From contig NC_042997.1 in NCBI RefSeq assembly GCF_006345805.1, positions 112,716,001 through 112,780,000 on the forward strand: 64,000 nt of DNA, written 5' to 3'. Of this stretch, positions 23,961-37,311 are shown piece by piece. The number at the start of each line of letters is the position of its first letter. The first letter of the stretch is position 1. The notes under the pieces were generated by a model, which searched no databases, was not told where the DNA came from, and was given only the letters and a program-made list of their open reading frames with translations. The DNA is from Octopus sinensis (taxonomy: Eukaryota). The translations under genes and the position numbers were made by a program.

Positions 23961-25451
23961 TTTATATTATGTGTCTGTGCAGGCGCATGCAAAATGAACA
24001 TCTGCATACACAGTCGTTTTTAAAAACATTAATGGAGAGTATTAATTAAAGTTATTAATCAGAAGTATTATTTTGGAACATTGCTTAAACAGCCATGCAA
24101 TTTGGTGACTTCAACTGTATGCAGTTTATGATGTTTTGTAATAATCTTAGCACAAGAACCAGAAATGGAATCCGGAGCCTGATCTCGAAACAGCCATTTT
24201 CCTACATGTCGTTCTCAAACGAAAGAACTGAATGATAAGTGTTTCTTTCAAACTTTCATTTCACATTTCAAAAATAATATTCAGGCAGTGGATATTTCAA
24301 AAGAAAACCAAGCTCAGATTACTAGCTGATGGTCAGAGTCTTTTAGTTATAATGTATATATATATGTGTGTGTGTGTGTGTCAAGGAAGAAGATGAGGAG
24401 TCAATGTGGCACAAATTTAATATGCGTTACACATATTGCAATGCCATTTTGTTTTGAACCACATTACACGTAATTATGTCTGGCAAAATATTAAATATTA
24501 ACTGAATAGTCCAAAGTGGCCTATTGACTTCCTGGGGCCACTTTTGGCCAAAACTCCTTAACTTTTGAAATGTTCATGTTTAAATATAAACCTTCCATCA
24601 TAATTTTTTTTAATGAGTCTTTTGTTATGCTTTAAACTCTAGTTTAATAGACTTATTAAAAAATTCTTTAAAATTAATTATTTTATTAAACCCCTTCAAA
24701 TTCTTAATTATTTTTCAGAAGTAATTAAAACACAGTTGTGATTTTCATTAGAAATTTGGTAACCAAAGAGTCAAAACATTTTTTTAAAAGTAGTATTTTT
24801 TTTTTATATATGGATTATAAATGCTTCACTCTCATCACTAAACAGTTTAAGAAAGCATTTATGTATGAAGTGAAGTTTCTCAAGTCCAAAATGAATGGAC
24901 AGTTGCAATTACCAATGTTCAGAAACAGATTTTGCTTTATCTTGGGAGGGTCATTATACCAATAAATACACACATGTTGGTTCTGTTTCACTTCTTTTAT
25001 TATTATTAATCAACTTGTTAACCATTTAACAACCAATTAACTAATTGAGTGTTTGATTAATCATATGATCAATCAGTCAACCGGTCATGTTTGTCACTCC
25101 TTCCATCACCATCTGTAACCTAATCAATGACAGGCTCTCTCTACTCCCCGTTTGTCTATCTTCTAGTTTTCAGATAATTACAATCTATAATTGTATTTTG
25201 TGAGAAATGTGATTTCGATTAAAAATTGAGAAAGTTTCCATGAAGTGAGTGAAACAGATTTCTTGGATACGATGGTTTCATAGATATTGTTGATTAAATT
25301 CATTTTGTCTTTGAAACAATTTGGTTCCTTCTTTTGGCAGCCACCACAAGAGACATGGCATTGTTGAGAAATCTGTCCAAGTTAATCTTAGATAAAATAA
25401 ACATGTTTTCATTTTATGCTATATAATTAGTGTTTGGAAGTTATAACATAT

Positions 25452-25655
25452 ATTTACGACATTGTAAGGTAATTTGGGAGTTAGGATAGATATTTATGAC
25501 ATCATAATGTCATTTAAAAATTATGACTTATTTATGACATAGTAATGTAGTTTGGGAGTCTAACACATTTGTGACATCATAATGTAATTTGGGAGTTATG
25601 ACTTATATTTATGACCTCATAATTTGGGAGTGATGACATTGTAATGTATTTTTCA
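25452..25655. repeat. Degenerate ~40-bp minisatellite
   Basis: atttatgacatcataatgtaatttgggagtt-like unit, about 5 copies. Confidence 0.75.
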
Positions 25656-25954
25656 GAATGAGTGAGAGGCACTAAAGTTATTTTGCCTAAATCTATGTAA
25701 AAATTAATTTTTGAACTAATTGATGTATTACAATTAAAATTCTCATATTTTTCTATAACTTTTTCACCGCCATCACCCTCATATATCTGTTGTAAGCTAT
25801 TCCCACTGCTCTGCTTTATATAATAATAATAATTTCTTCTCCATGTAAATGCAATCTTACACATTATTGTTATAAATTTTTTTTTAAAAGAATTTTTTTT
25901 ATATCAGTTTTTCAATTGCATGGCATCTCTCCCATTTGCATCTTTAGATGCAGA

Positions 25955-26040
25955 AACTTGTTGTCCCTAAATAGGTCTCTGGTCGAGACTTGGGCACAGC
26001 TTGTATAAAGTGAAGCAAAGGCAAAACAACAACAACAATA
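25955..26040 (+). mobile_element. 3' UTR stub of an R4/Dong-like element
   Basis: aggtctctgg..gagacttgg..cttgta..aagcaaa matches 60800-60880; ends in (caa)n. Confidence 0.65.
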
Positions 26041-26273
26041 TGCCTTGTTTTTAAATATAGCTTGTTGAAATAAATTTTGAAAAAAAAAAACCTGAAAACT
26101 GGTGTTATGCTATTGATTTATATTCGTTATTTAGATTTTTTTATTTTTAATTAACTAATTCTGGAAGAAGGGGCAGTGCCCTTCAAGATTGATGTTGGTT
26201 AACATTTTGCTGAAACTGTTGCAAGTAAAATGACAAAAATATGAACAGGGATGGAATTTCTGAGGGACATTAA

Positions 26274-26493
26274 CCCTTTTGTTACTGTATTTATTTTGAG
26301 ATGCTGTGTTTCTTTCAATTAATTTTAAACATAACAAAGAACTTAGTAAAATAACTTAGTTATCATTAAGCTAGTGTTAGGAACATAAATTGTGACTAAG
26401 GTTTGGTGGAAGATTTTATTTCAAAACTTATGAAAACAAGACATTTGTACTACAGAGCCAGAGCTGCTTTTAGCCAGGTTGATAACAAAAGGA
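26274..26493 (+). mobile_element. piggyBac-type MITE
   Basis: TTAA|cccttttgttac ... ataacaaaagga|TTAA. Confidence 0.75.
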
Positions 26494-26904
26494 TTAATTC
26501 TGGTGATCAGATGACAAAAAAACAAAATGGCACTCCATCAATTATGACGAGGGTTCCAGTTGATCTGATCTGATTATTTGAACTGCTTGTTTGTGGAATT
26601 ATTGTGCAAGTGGCTGAGTACTCCACAGATATTTGTATCCTTAATGTAATTCTCTGAGAGAGATTCAGAATGGGACAAGGCTGGCTCCTTTTGAATTACT
26701 GGTATAACTCTGTTTTGCCAGCAGAGTGACTTGCTCAAGGCCACAATGTGCTGCTGGGTTTCAGACTTCCGACCTTACAATTGTGAGCTGAATATTCCAA
26801 CCACTAAGATATGTGCCTTCACGGTGATTAGATGAGAAGAACAGGGGCTTTCAACACGATCTGGCCAGACTGATATGCCCCCCCGCCCCCATTTTATATT
26901 TCAT

Positions 26905-27555
26905 TCTTTTGTTTCAATCATTTTGATTGCAGCCATGCTAGAGCACTGCCTCTCGGTTGAACAAATCGACCCCTGGACTTATTCTTTGTAAGCCTAGTAC
27001 TAAGCAGTTCAGCAAAAGAGTCCGATAGAATAAGTTACGGGGATGTAAACACACCAACATCGGTTGTCAAGCAATGATGGGGGTACAAACACACACATAT
27101 ATATATATAACCCATGCTAGCATGGAAAACGGACGCTAAACGATGATGATATATAAATATATATATATATGATGGACTTCTTTCAGTTTCTTATTTCTTT
27201 ACTGCCCGCAAGGGGCTACACACATAGGGGACAAATGGATTAAGTTGACTACATCGACCCAGTGTGTAACTGGTACTTATTTAATCGACCACAAAAGGAT
27301 GAAAAGCAAAGTCGACCTTGGCAGAATTTGAACTCAGAACGTAGCGGCAGATGAAATACCGCTAAGCATTTTGCCCGGCATGCTAACGTTTCTGCCAGCT
27401 CGCCACATTTTTCAGTTTCTGTCTACCAAATCCACTCACAAGGCCTTGGTTGGCCCAAGGCTATAGTAGACACTTGCCCAAGGTATCACGAAGTGGAACT
27501 GAACCTGGAGTCATGTGGTTGGGAAGCAAGCTTCTTACCACACAGCCATACCTAT
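26905..27555 (-). mobile_element. SINE family B carrying a nested SINE family A and an RTE 3' stub
   Basis: SINE A at about 27190-27405 flanked by TSD tttcagtttc; RTE tail aacccatgctagcatggaaaacggacgctaaacgatgat sits inside the (TA)n tract. Confidence 0.8.
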
Positions 27556-28330
27556 GATTAATAAAACAACACAAAATATTAATTAGAAATATTTTATTTA
27601 TTTCATTGTTTGGGTTGGGAAATTTTGATCTTAAAAATTTCACAAAAAAAAAACGAGGTAAGAAGGCATCACTAACTTGAAAGACATTGATTATAAATAA
27701 ACCTGGTTTTAGTCAAAAATCTAAATAAAAAGAACAACAAAATTATTAGAGTTAAAAAAAAAAGATTACTTGGACAAGAAAAAAAAAGAATTGTAATTAA
27801 CAAGTAATTAACACAGAATTTGGTACACATTTCATCATGTTGAGAAGAAAACAAAACTGGTAAAGAAAGAATTTTAAACACATAACCTTCAAAATCTCAT
27901 TAGGTTCGTTCAAATTTTTAAGAAATAATTTATCACTAATTAATCAAGCTGGAAAACTGCTACACACAGGAAAAATATAAAAAAAAAAAAAACTTGCACG
28001 TTGGTTAGTTCTCCATTGTCCTTTGTCACCAAAGTCTCTTATTTCACTCCGGACCAGGGTGACACATAAGCGCACACACATGAAAAAATTATTTGTTAGA
28101 AGTTTTTAAAAAAATCTTTTTTTTTAAAAAAAAAAAAACAGGTGTTTAAAAAAAGGGAAGACTAAAATAGATTCGTTACATTAATTTCAATGAGATAAAA
28201 AAAAAAATTCAAAAAGGGATTAATATATTAAAGAGATAAACAAACAACAAAAATTAAGCTCTTTAAATTGTGAAAAACAAAACAAAAACCAAAAAAAAAC
28301 CTCCATTTATTCTTTAAATGTTGAGCTACT

Positions 28331-28550
28331 TTGGTAACAGATTTAATTAGGGGTATATTACAGTCTATAACATTTAATAGGAGTGTGCTGCTAACAGATC
28401 TAATAGGGGCTGGGGCATTACTGTCTGGTAACAGATTTAATAGGGCTCTATTGCTGTTTCATAAGAATTAAAGGGGTGGATTGCGGTCTGCTAGCAAACT
28501 CATTTAAGGGTATATTGCTGTCTGATAACAAACTTAATAGGGGTGTATTG
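28331..28550. repeat. Degenerate ~34-bp minisatellite
   Basis: ctggtaacagatttaataggggtatattgctgt-like unit, about 6 copies. Confidence 0.7.
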
Positions 28551-29325
28551 CAATCGATGTAATAAGTAAGCATTGTATTCTACAAACACAATCCCAACAA
28601 GCCAATCCCGTGACCAGGTTTTCATCCCTAAATCTTAACCAGTTCTACTTCACTTCCAGTATTTAATGCTGTTGAATCTATCACACATTATTGCTTCTTT
28701 GAAGCTTTCTTTACAGACTGGAAGATATCAAAAGAGAAAGATTTGTAGAGAAACAGCAGATCTCAGAAAGCAAGGATTGTCAATTGAACCCTTATTCAGA
28801 ACTGACTGACATTTCATGAGAGTCTCTGAGTGGAGCAATTAGATAACACTGAAGAGAAATTGATTCAGAATAAACGAGATCGTAGTAATTAAAAAGAAGA
28901 AATAAATTTAATCTTTATAACACAAAATACTGGTTCGGAGTTTTTGACACAAGGCTGACAATTCTGGGGTCGGAGGTCCAGTTCATTAACCTGACTCCAC
29001 TGTCCAACTGTTGCTTATTTTAGTGACCTCACCCCCAAAGGGTGAAAGGCAAAGTCTACCACAGCAAGATTTGAACTCAGAATGTGAAGATGGATGAAAT
29101 GCCGCTAAGCATTTTTCCCAGCGTGCTAACCATTCGGCCAACTCACAACCCGTCTAACAACAAAATACTGAAAAATAAAAATAAAAAGAAATTTGCCAGA
29201 ATATAGAGGAGGAAGAGGTGACCACCGTGACAAGAGTAAAAAATTTTAATCAACTTTTGACACTGATCCACTTGTGACCACCTCTGCTTCTATGATGCAA
29301 ACATTCCTGTTTTAAAACAACCTAT

Positions 29326-29725
29326 AGGCACAGGAATAGCTGTGTGATAAGTAGCTTGCTTACCAACCACATGGTTCCAGGTTCAGTCCCACTGCGTGGC
29401 ACCTTAGGCAAGTGTCTTCTACTATAACCTCGGGCCGACTAAAGCCTTGTGAGTGGATTTGGTAGACAGAAACTGAAAGAAGCCCGTTGTATATATGTAT
29501 GTGTGTGTATATGTTTGTGTGTCTGTGTTTGTCCCCCCAACATTGCTTGACAACCGATGCTGGTGTGTTTATGTCCCTGTAACTTGGTTCGGCAAAAGAG
29601 ACCGAGAGAATAAGTACTAGGCTTACAAAGAATGAGTCCTGTGGTCGATTTGCTCAACTAAAGGCGGTGCTCCAGCATGGCCGCAGTCAAATGACTGAAA
29701 CAAGTAAAAGAGAGTAAAGAGAGTA
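29326..29725 (+). mobile_element. tRNA-derived SINE, family B, full length
   Basis: A/B-box head, central (TA)/(TG) tract, 3' stem-loop cagtc-aaat-gactg and (agagtaa)-like tail. Confidence 0.85.
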
Positions 29726-32700
29726 AATTTAAAACTTGCCATCAAACTTCCATGGTAACTTTTATAGCAGAGAACCAGTTTGGTAATCACAAAGTTATTT
29801 TACTGAATTTGTCATTATTTTCAAAACTGATTGAAACACAAATAATATATTTCAAGAGAAATTTTGAAACCAATGAAGAATTCAGTAGAATAACTTTGTC
29901 GTTAATGAAGCTGGAGTTTGGAACAGAAATTAACCTGGAATTTTGGTGGAAAGTTTTGGTTGAGGTCAGCCAGAAGTTTGTAACCTAGAACTGGGGGCAG
30001 AAGTCTCAGCCAGGTTGGTATTAAGGGTTAAATCAAACACAGACAAAACCCTTGATATTTAAATAAATAAAATTAAATAGAGATGTTGTGGTATTCATTA
30101 TCTTCTCAAGAGCATATTAGTACACAGAAAGTAGAGTCAATTCAACTGAGAAGAGAAAATGAAGTCATGATTTAAGATTTCCAGTTGCTGAGACCAAAAT
30201 TTGTCACCCAACCCAGCCCCATTCCATAATCTGGTGTGTGTGTGTGTGTGTGTGTGTGTGGAGGGGATAGTAATGTAGTGTAAAGGTCTCTTATTCTATG
30301 TTGGCTGATGGGATCCACAATAAAGATTTCTCTTTAGTTTCTGTGGCCATGCTGGGGCACCACTGTTTCTTTTCTTTTTTTTTTTTTACTAACTAGAAAA
30401 AAAATATATTTAGTAATTCCTATTTGACCCTTGAAATAAAGCAATGATCTGAGTTGGAATCAAGTTCTCGAGGACAAGAAATTAAGATTATCACATTAAA
30501 AAAAAAAAAGAAGACAAATTATAAAACTACAACAATTGCTTGATTTTGTAGATTCTTGATGTGAACCTCTGGGTTGAAACAGATCTTATTGTGCCCCAGG
30601 AGGGTCATTGTGCCAATAACCAACACACTGATTCTCTTCATTATTATTATCATTATTAGTTGTTATTCTCAGTCTGTTTCATCTGAAACAGAACTGGAGT
30701 AACAAGTCCAGGCCATGGAATAACAAGGATATAATACTGATGAAGACATGAATAACGACAAAAAGACTGATCAATCATCCAATCAATCAATCAGCTGGTT
30801 TAGCAAACGACTGATCAAGCAACTGAGCAGATAATTGATTAATTAATTGACTAATAATAATGGTTTCAGCACAAGGCCGATAATTTTAGGTGGGAATAGA
30901 TTACACTGACCCCAATTCTCAACTGGTACCTTATGTTATTCACCCTGAAAGGGATGAAGGGTAAAGTTGACCTCAATGGGGATACAGAATCAGTGTTTCT
31001 TATTGGCAAAAATTACCTCATCCGCCTACACACCCAGTATAAAACAGCAAGTGTAAATAGTGGGATAAACCAGGAAATTAAAGGAGAAAATGTGTTCCTA
31101 TGTGAATGTATTAGAGATAGACAGAATTGAATGGTTGATCAATAAAGAGGGAAATAAGCAATAACTAGAGCTGTTTCATATAAATTTTTGAAGTAATAAA
31201 CATTAATTCAGCTGGATATTATTATTATTATTATTATGATTAAGGCAGTGAGCTGGCAGAATCGTTAGCACACTGGACAAAATGCTTACCAGCGTTTCGT
31301 CTATCTTTACATTCTGAGTTCAAATTCTGCCAAGGTTGACTTCGCCTTTCATCCTTTCAGGGTTGATAAATTAAGTACCAGTCTAGTACCTGGGTTGATG
31401 TAATCAACAAGTTTTCTCCCCCAAAATTTCAGGCCTTGTGCCTTTCGTAGAAAGGATTATTATTATTATTGTTGTGTCAAGCCAGCAGAATTATTAGCAT
31501 ATCAGACAAAATGTATTGTGGCATTTTTTCCAGCTTAAATCCTGCCAAGGTGGACTTTGCCTTCCTTCCTTTCGGGGTGGTGGTGTTTCCATAAAATAAG
31601 GTACCAGTTAAGTACTGAGGTTGATGTAATTGACTTGCCCTCTAACCCCAAACTTCAGGTTTTGGGCCTTGAGCAGAAGCAGTTATCATTTGTAATTTAA
31701 CATGTTGGGAAAGTTATTGCCTTGATCGATCTGTGTGGCGTAAAATGTGTCATGATATATCTAAACAATTTTGAACTGAAGAAACTGGACAATAAAAGAA
31801 TTCCATCCTGCAATCTACAGACACATCTGTCCAATCCCAGGCAAAATCAAAATCATAGCAAAATCCAAACCTGGATTCTAATTACATTCAAGCATCCATC
31901 GCAAATAGATGCAGCTTCTTTTGTTTTTAATCCTTTCCTTCAAACACTCGTACATCATGGGAGTGACCATTGTCACATGTAAGAGTAACAAAATCAATAT
32001 AAAATGCTCTGATATTTTAATTTTAATTCTATAAAAGGGAAATGGTGTAAATTTTAACCTATTTTATACTTGCTATTAATGAAACATTGTTGAATTTTAG
32101 AGAAAATATTTAGAATATATTTCCATTTCTTTAAATTAAAATGGAATCAAGGACTTAATGAAAAATAGAGCCATAATCAATGGTTTCAAATTTTGGTACA
32201 AGGCCAGCAATTTTAGAAGAGGGAAGTCAATCACATTGACCCCCCCCCACCTGTAGTGCCTAACCGATACATATTTTGTTAACCCCAGAAGGATGGAAAG
32301 CAAAGTCGACCCTGGTGCAATTTGAACTCAGAATATACTGAATTGGAAAAAATAATATTTTCTCCAATGCTGTAATGCTCCAGTTAGCACAGCACCTAAA
32401 CATATCTATAATTGATAATATACAGCAAATGAAAGGAAAGATTTCAAATTCAAAATCAGTGAGATTCCACAAATAAGACCAGAATATTTCATATTAAAAT
32501 GTTAGTAATTTCCTTAAAGATATTTTAAGACATTTCCCATTTTGTGAAGAAAAAAAAAGTCAAAAAAGGGTAAGAGAGTATCTTAATAAAAGTGTAAAAA
32601 TAAAAAAAATATTTTGAAACAAAACAAAAACTATTGTCAAAGAAATGTAATTCCCTTCTTTCTGAGATCAACCGTTTCTATTTGAGATGAAAAGATTCTC

Positions 32701-33636
32701 TAATTTCCATTTTTTTTTTGTTGCAGATAGGCGAGGGCATGGCCATGCAGTCAAGAAGCTTGTTTTCCAACCATAGAGACTTGGGTTCAGTCCTCCTATA
32801 TAGAACTTTGAGCAAGTGACTTTCACTTTAGCCCTAGGCCTACCAAAGCCTTGTAAGTGGATTTGGATAGATGGGAACTGAAAGATGTCTGTTATTAGTG
32901 AGTTTGTGTGAATTCTTCTCTTGGTTTCATGTAACGGTTGTAAATGAGCCTCACCCTTATACAAGTAGTGTTATTCATTTTCAGTCTTCCATGAAAAACA
33001 TGTCTGACCATAGGGAAATATTACCTTGCTTGGAAACAGGCGAAGGTTAGTGACAAGAAGTGCATCCAACTGTGAAAAATCGGCTCCAACAAATTCTATT
33101 TGATCCATGCAAGCATGGAAGATTGGACATTAAAATGATGGTAATAGTGCTGTGTAAAGAAGCACTGGTGCTGGTGCACATAAAAAGTATTCTGTCGAGT
33201 GGTTGGCATTAGGAAGGGCACCCAATTACAGGAACTGTGCCAAAATGAACAATGGAACCTGGTGCAGTCCTTTGGCTTGCCAGCTCCTGTCAAATCATAC
33301 AACCCATACCAGCATGGAAAACAGATGTTAAATGATAATGATGATGATGACAACTGTGGTCTAAAACAACTGAAATCACAGAGATGACCACAGTTGGATT
33401 GGCTTGGAATATGGTGAAACCAAAACATACAGTAATACTTGTAGAAGACTTTGCATTTATCAACCCCTCTAATGATAAAGATACTATATTTATATTTAAC
33501 GAATTGCTACTAAATAATTTATATTTAATTCACTATTAGCTGCAAGCATTTTTTTGTCAATACACTCATGAAATAAATATAATTGGTATGAAGAAATACT
33601 GGACGACAAAACTTAATAGAAATATTTTTAATTTAA

Positions 33637-33848
33637 CCCTTTAGCATTTAAACTGGCCATATTGAGCCAAAACATTGACCGGTTTTATATTTAAACCGGC
33701 CAGAACTGGCCTCTCACACCTCCCTTATCCTAAAAAATAAACAACCACATCATCAAAATCTATGAGATCTACAAGATAATGCGTAATAATTGAAAACATT
33801 GTGAATAAATAAGCATTGCATTTGGTATGTAATCTGAATGCTAAAGGG
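33637..33848. mobile_element. piggyBac-type MITE (second family)
   Basis: TTAA|ccctttagcatt ... aatgctaaaggg|TTAA; 12-bp perfect TIR. Confidence 0.85.
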
Positions 33849-33867
33849 TTAATAGTTAATTAAATTT

Positions 33868-34073
33868 AAAGATACAGATAAGGAAATAATTTTATTCTCA
33901 AACATAGGATAATGCTAATAATATAGCATGAACAGGATAAGCTACCCATATTTTGCGGAAAAATCTGTCAGCGGCCAGCCATGAGACTTGAACTCACGTC
34001 CCTGTGATTATGCATCCAGTGCTTTACCATTAAGCTAAACCGACCCAACAACAAATTCCTTATCTGTATCTTT
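33868..34073. mobile_element. Short inverted-repeat element enclosing a tRNA-like gene
   Basis: aaagatacagataaggaa (33868-33885) is the exact reverse complement of 34056-34073. Confidence 0.55.
33973..34044 (-). tRNA. tRNA-Met(CAT)-like gene with an aberrant anticodon arm (probably not a translational tRNA)
   Basis: 72 nt; acceptor stem GTCGGTT/GGCTGGC (wobble-rich), D stem GCTT/AAGC, T stem GTGAG/CTCAT, A box TAGCTTAATGG, B box GAGTTCAAGTC, TTTTT about 10 nt downstream. The anticodon stem CTGGA/TCACA pairs poorly and position 33 is G. Confidence 0.45.
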
Positions 34074-34534
34074 TAATACATCTCAATGCTTCTAAAGCAA
34101 ACTTTGTTTCTTGACTTTCAAAGTAAGTTGAATTTAACGTAATTAAATTTAATTTCATCTCTGAAAGAAAGTCTTCAGAATTTGGTTTTTCTAAACCTGA
34201 TGAAGTATAATTTATAGTATTTCTGGAAATGGTGCTTTCAACTTAGAATTCTTTTGAAATATATATATATATCAAAGAGCAGTAGCACTTAGAGAATTGA
34301 TTGAAAAAACAAAAAAAAAACAAACTAAAAAACACACTAACTCTTTAAGAATAAATTCAAAAAAGAAACAAAAAAATACAGCAAAATTCTACATTTAAAC
34401 TGAAGTTTACATTTAACATTTTTTCAGACATAAAATTAAAAAAACACAACAAAAACAATAAATAATATTGAAACATCTCAACCACGAGCAGAATAATAAT
34501 AATAATAATAATAGTAATCATAATAATGATGATG

Positions 34535-34630
34535 ATGATGATGATCTGTAAACAAGTGTCACCTGAGTCTACTGGTTGTCAACAGCTGACACTTCCAACA
34601 CACCCAGCAAAATGAAGCTGAGATTTTTCA
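34535..34630 (+). mobile_element. 3' UTR stub of an R4/Dong-like element between (TAA)n tracts
   Basis: ctactggttgtcaacagctgacac resembles the 3' UTR of the minus-strand element at 54739-55176 (tcactggtagtgaacagctaacac). Confidence 0.45.
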
Positions 34631-34631
34631 C

Positions 34632-34673
<42 letters not shown>

Positions 34674-36229
34674 TCAAAAGACATACACCATAAAGTATTG
34701 CTGAAATATTTCTGTCCTTCAAGGAAAAAAATTGTGAGGGTTAAGGAACAGAATGTCCCAGGATGGTAGCAAAAATCACAAATGTAAAAAAATAGACAGA
34801 GGTAAATTTTGTAAAATAAAAAGAAAAAGAATATTAAAAGGTGGATTTTATGATGATAAAATGTGAAACGAATAAATAGCGTAAGGTATGTTTTTTTTTG
34901 TTGGTGTTTTTCATTTTTTAGAAAATGTTGAAATAAAATAAAGTTGGAAAAAAAAAAAAAAAGAAAACGGCATCAGATATAAGATGAGTCTTATCAATGC
35001 CTGACATCACAGTTTCTGACTAGTTTGACTAGAAAAGGGGGAAGGGTGGGGAGGTCAATGAAATCCAAGAACTTTTCCTTTCTTTGATTCTAGATCCCAA
35101 TATTTGATAACAAAAGAAAGTTTCTTTGTTTAATAAGATTAACGAGTTGCATTGATTTCAACTTGTTTATGATATGCACATTTCTCATGCACTAATTATC
35201 TAGAATTCATTTTTCTATTTTTGTTTTTGAAAAAAAAAAAAAAAAACCGGGAGAAATTAGAAAATAATTTTCTAGTCTTTCTTTTTTAATTTTCATTATT
35301 TTTTTTAAGATCCAACAAAGTCTTAAAAAAAAAAAACTGAGAGAGAAATTTATGAACAGGAAAAAAAGTATATTTAAAATGTCGAATATATTTCACGAGT
35401 TAAATCTGTTTTTGAAAAAGAAAAAAAAAGACAAATTTAATATTTTATTTGCTTTTTTGTATGTTATTTTCATATTAACTAGGAAACTAAGATTTACAAA
35501 GCTGAAGTCTTTTATAAGGCAATTTAAGAGACAAACGTAAGAAGAGGCTACATGATCTAAAAGATGGAATTATTTCTGAAGACAGGAAGAGGTGGGGATT
35601 CATCTAGAAGTCCTTTCAGTCTCTTTAGAAATTTATTTATAAATTAAGCTACCTAAAACAAAATTTAATTATTATGTCAATAAAAGTCAATGTTTTGAAA
35701 TGGTAAACAAAATGTATTTGCAACCAAATCTGTGTCTGAACGTATAAAAGACAAATATCCAAGGAAATAGAGAGAGCAGGTGAGAATGTTGATGTGGAAA
35801 ATATAGAAAGGATTTTGTACGAATAAAGTAGTCAAGCAGAAATCTGTTTACGCAAGGGAGTTGCATATTAAATACATTAGTTAAGGAGGTGAGTGTGTAT
35901 ATAATGCTAATGTCAGGGTAAAATATGTAAACTAATTATTTCTGAAGTTTGAAAGTGGATGCAACGGAGAGGAGTCCCAACTAGATGGAAACTCCAAGTG
36001 GTTTAAATGCACAATTCTCCGATATCCAAAGAGCTAAAAAGTGTCAGCAGAAGGGTACCCAGGAATTGTGACCTGGGTGCACCCCCCACCCCCCGCTGCC
36101 CTTACAGTGTAAGAAGTTAAGGGCTGAAACACTTGCCCGAGGGGAGGTTTCTTCTCTGAAGACCTTCTACTGTTCAGCTCTCTTGAGAGTTTCTTACTGC
36201 TAAACATATTCAACGATTTTCAAATATCT

Positions 36230-36400
36230 TTTCGTCATTTCCATTCACTCTTGTTACGTGGTCTTGCCAGCAGGGTCTTCTCAGGCATCCTTGGTGGAAC
36301 ACATCAAGCTTTCTCTTGCTTTCCACAGTGTTCTTTTATGGTTCATACAGAAGTAGCATGAAAGAGTCAGGTCTTTGACAAAGAACATTCATAACCAACA
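36230..36400 (-). mobile_element. Old RTE-like LINE remnant
   Basis: Minus strand encodes KLDVFHQGCLRR and WQDHVT, a typical RTE post-RT motif. Confidence 0.5.
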
Positions 36401-37311
36401 CGATTGAGGCCAATAACACATGGCTGGATGCAGAGAAAAGTGAAGCCAACAGAAACCGGTGGCATCAACTTGCTGCCCAATGTGTTCAAGAGCAAAAGAG
36501 CAACTGATACTTGGACATGCAATTTTAGCAATTGTATATTTAAGAATATCGTTATAAAGATTCATTTTGGTGTGTGTGAATTTACAGAAATATATTTTTA
36601 AAATATCATTTAAAACATAAATGTATTTCTATCTCAATTAATTATAAACTTAATTTTTAATGCTTATTGGTTATTTTTCCAATCTAAAATTCACTAAAAA
36701 CTAAAATCTATATTTTTGCTGGTTGGAGAAACAGACCAATGAACCATTTATTAAATTAACTCTGTTGTTCTACAAGGACCTGAAGAGAGAGTATATAATC
36801 CAGTGTATAGACTTAGTTGAATACTTACACATGGATAGAATTCAGAATATACTTATTAATACCGAGAAGAAAATGACATTTTTTTCCTTTTTTTATTATT
36901 ATTCAAAAGAAGTTGTTAAATATATTTGTGCTTTTTTAGAGCCTCAAGTTTTTTTTTTTTTTGTTCGAGGATCCTCAAATATTGTTTTCTTTTCCGAAGA
37001 TGAAAAAAAAAAAATTTTCTTTGATATTCCCCACCAAATATTATTCTGAGATTTCACTTAAAAATAGATGTTTTCATTTCATTTCATATGTTTTATGTTC
37101 TTTAATTTCTTTTAAAAAAAAACACAAACCATGTTTTTTTTTCCTCATTTCTGAAGTGGCTAAAAGATTGAAAAATATTGAGAAAAATCAATGTCTTTAA
37201 TTTTATTTCTCTAAAATTTTCTGTGATTTTATCTAAAGATGGCGACAGCGGCGTTGGTGGCATTGGTGGTGATATTTCACGGGTGCGGTGCAATGAGTTA
37301 GAGATGTGAAT

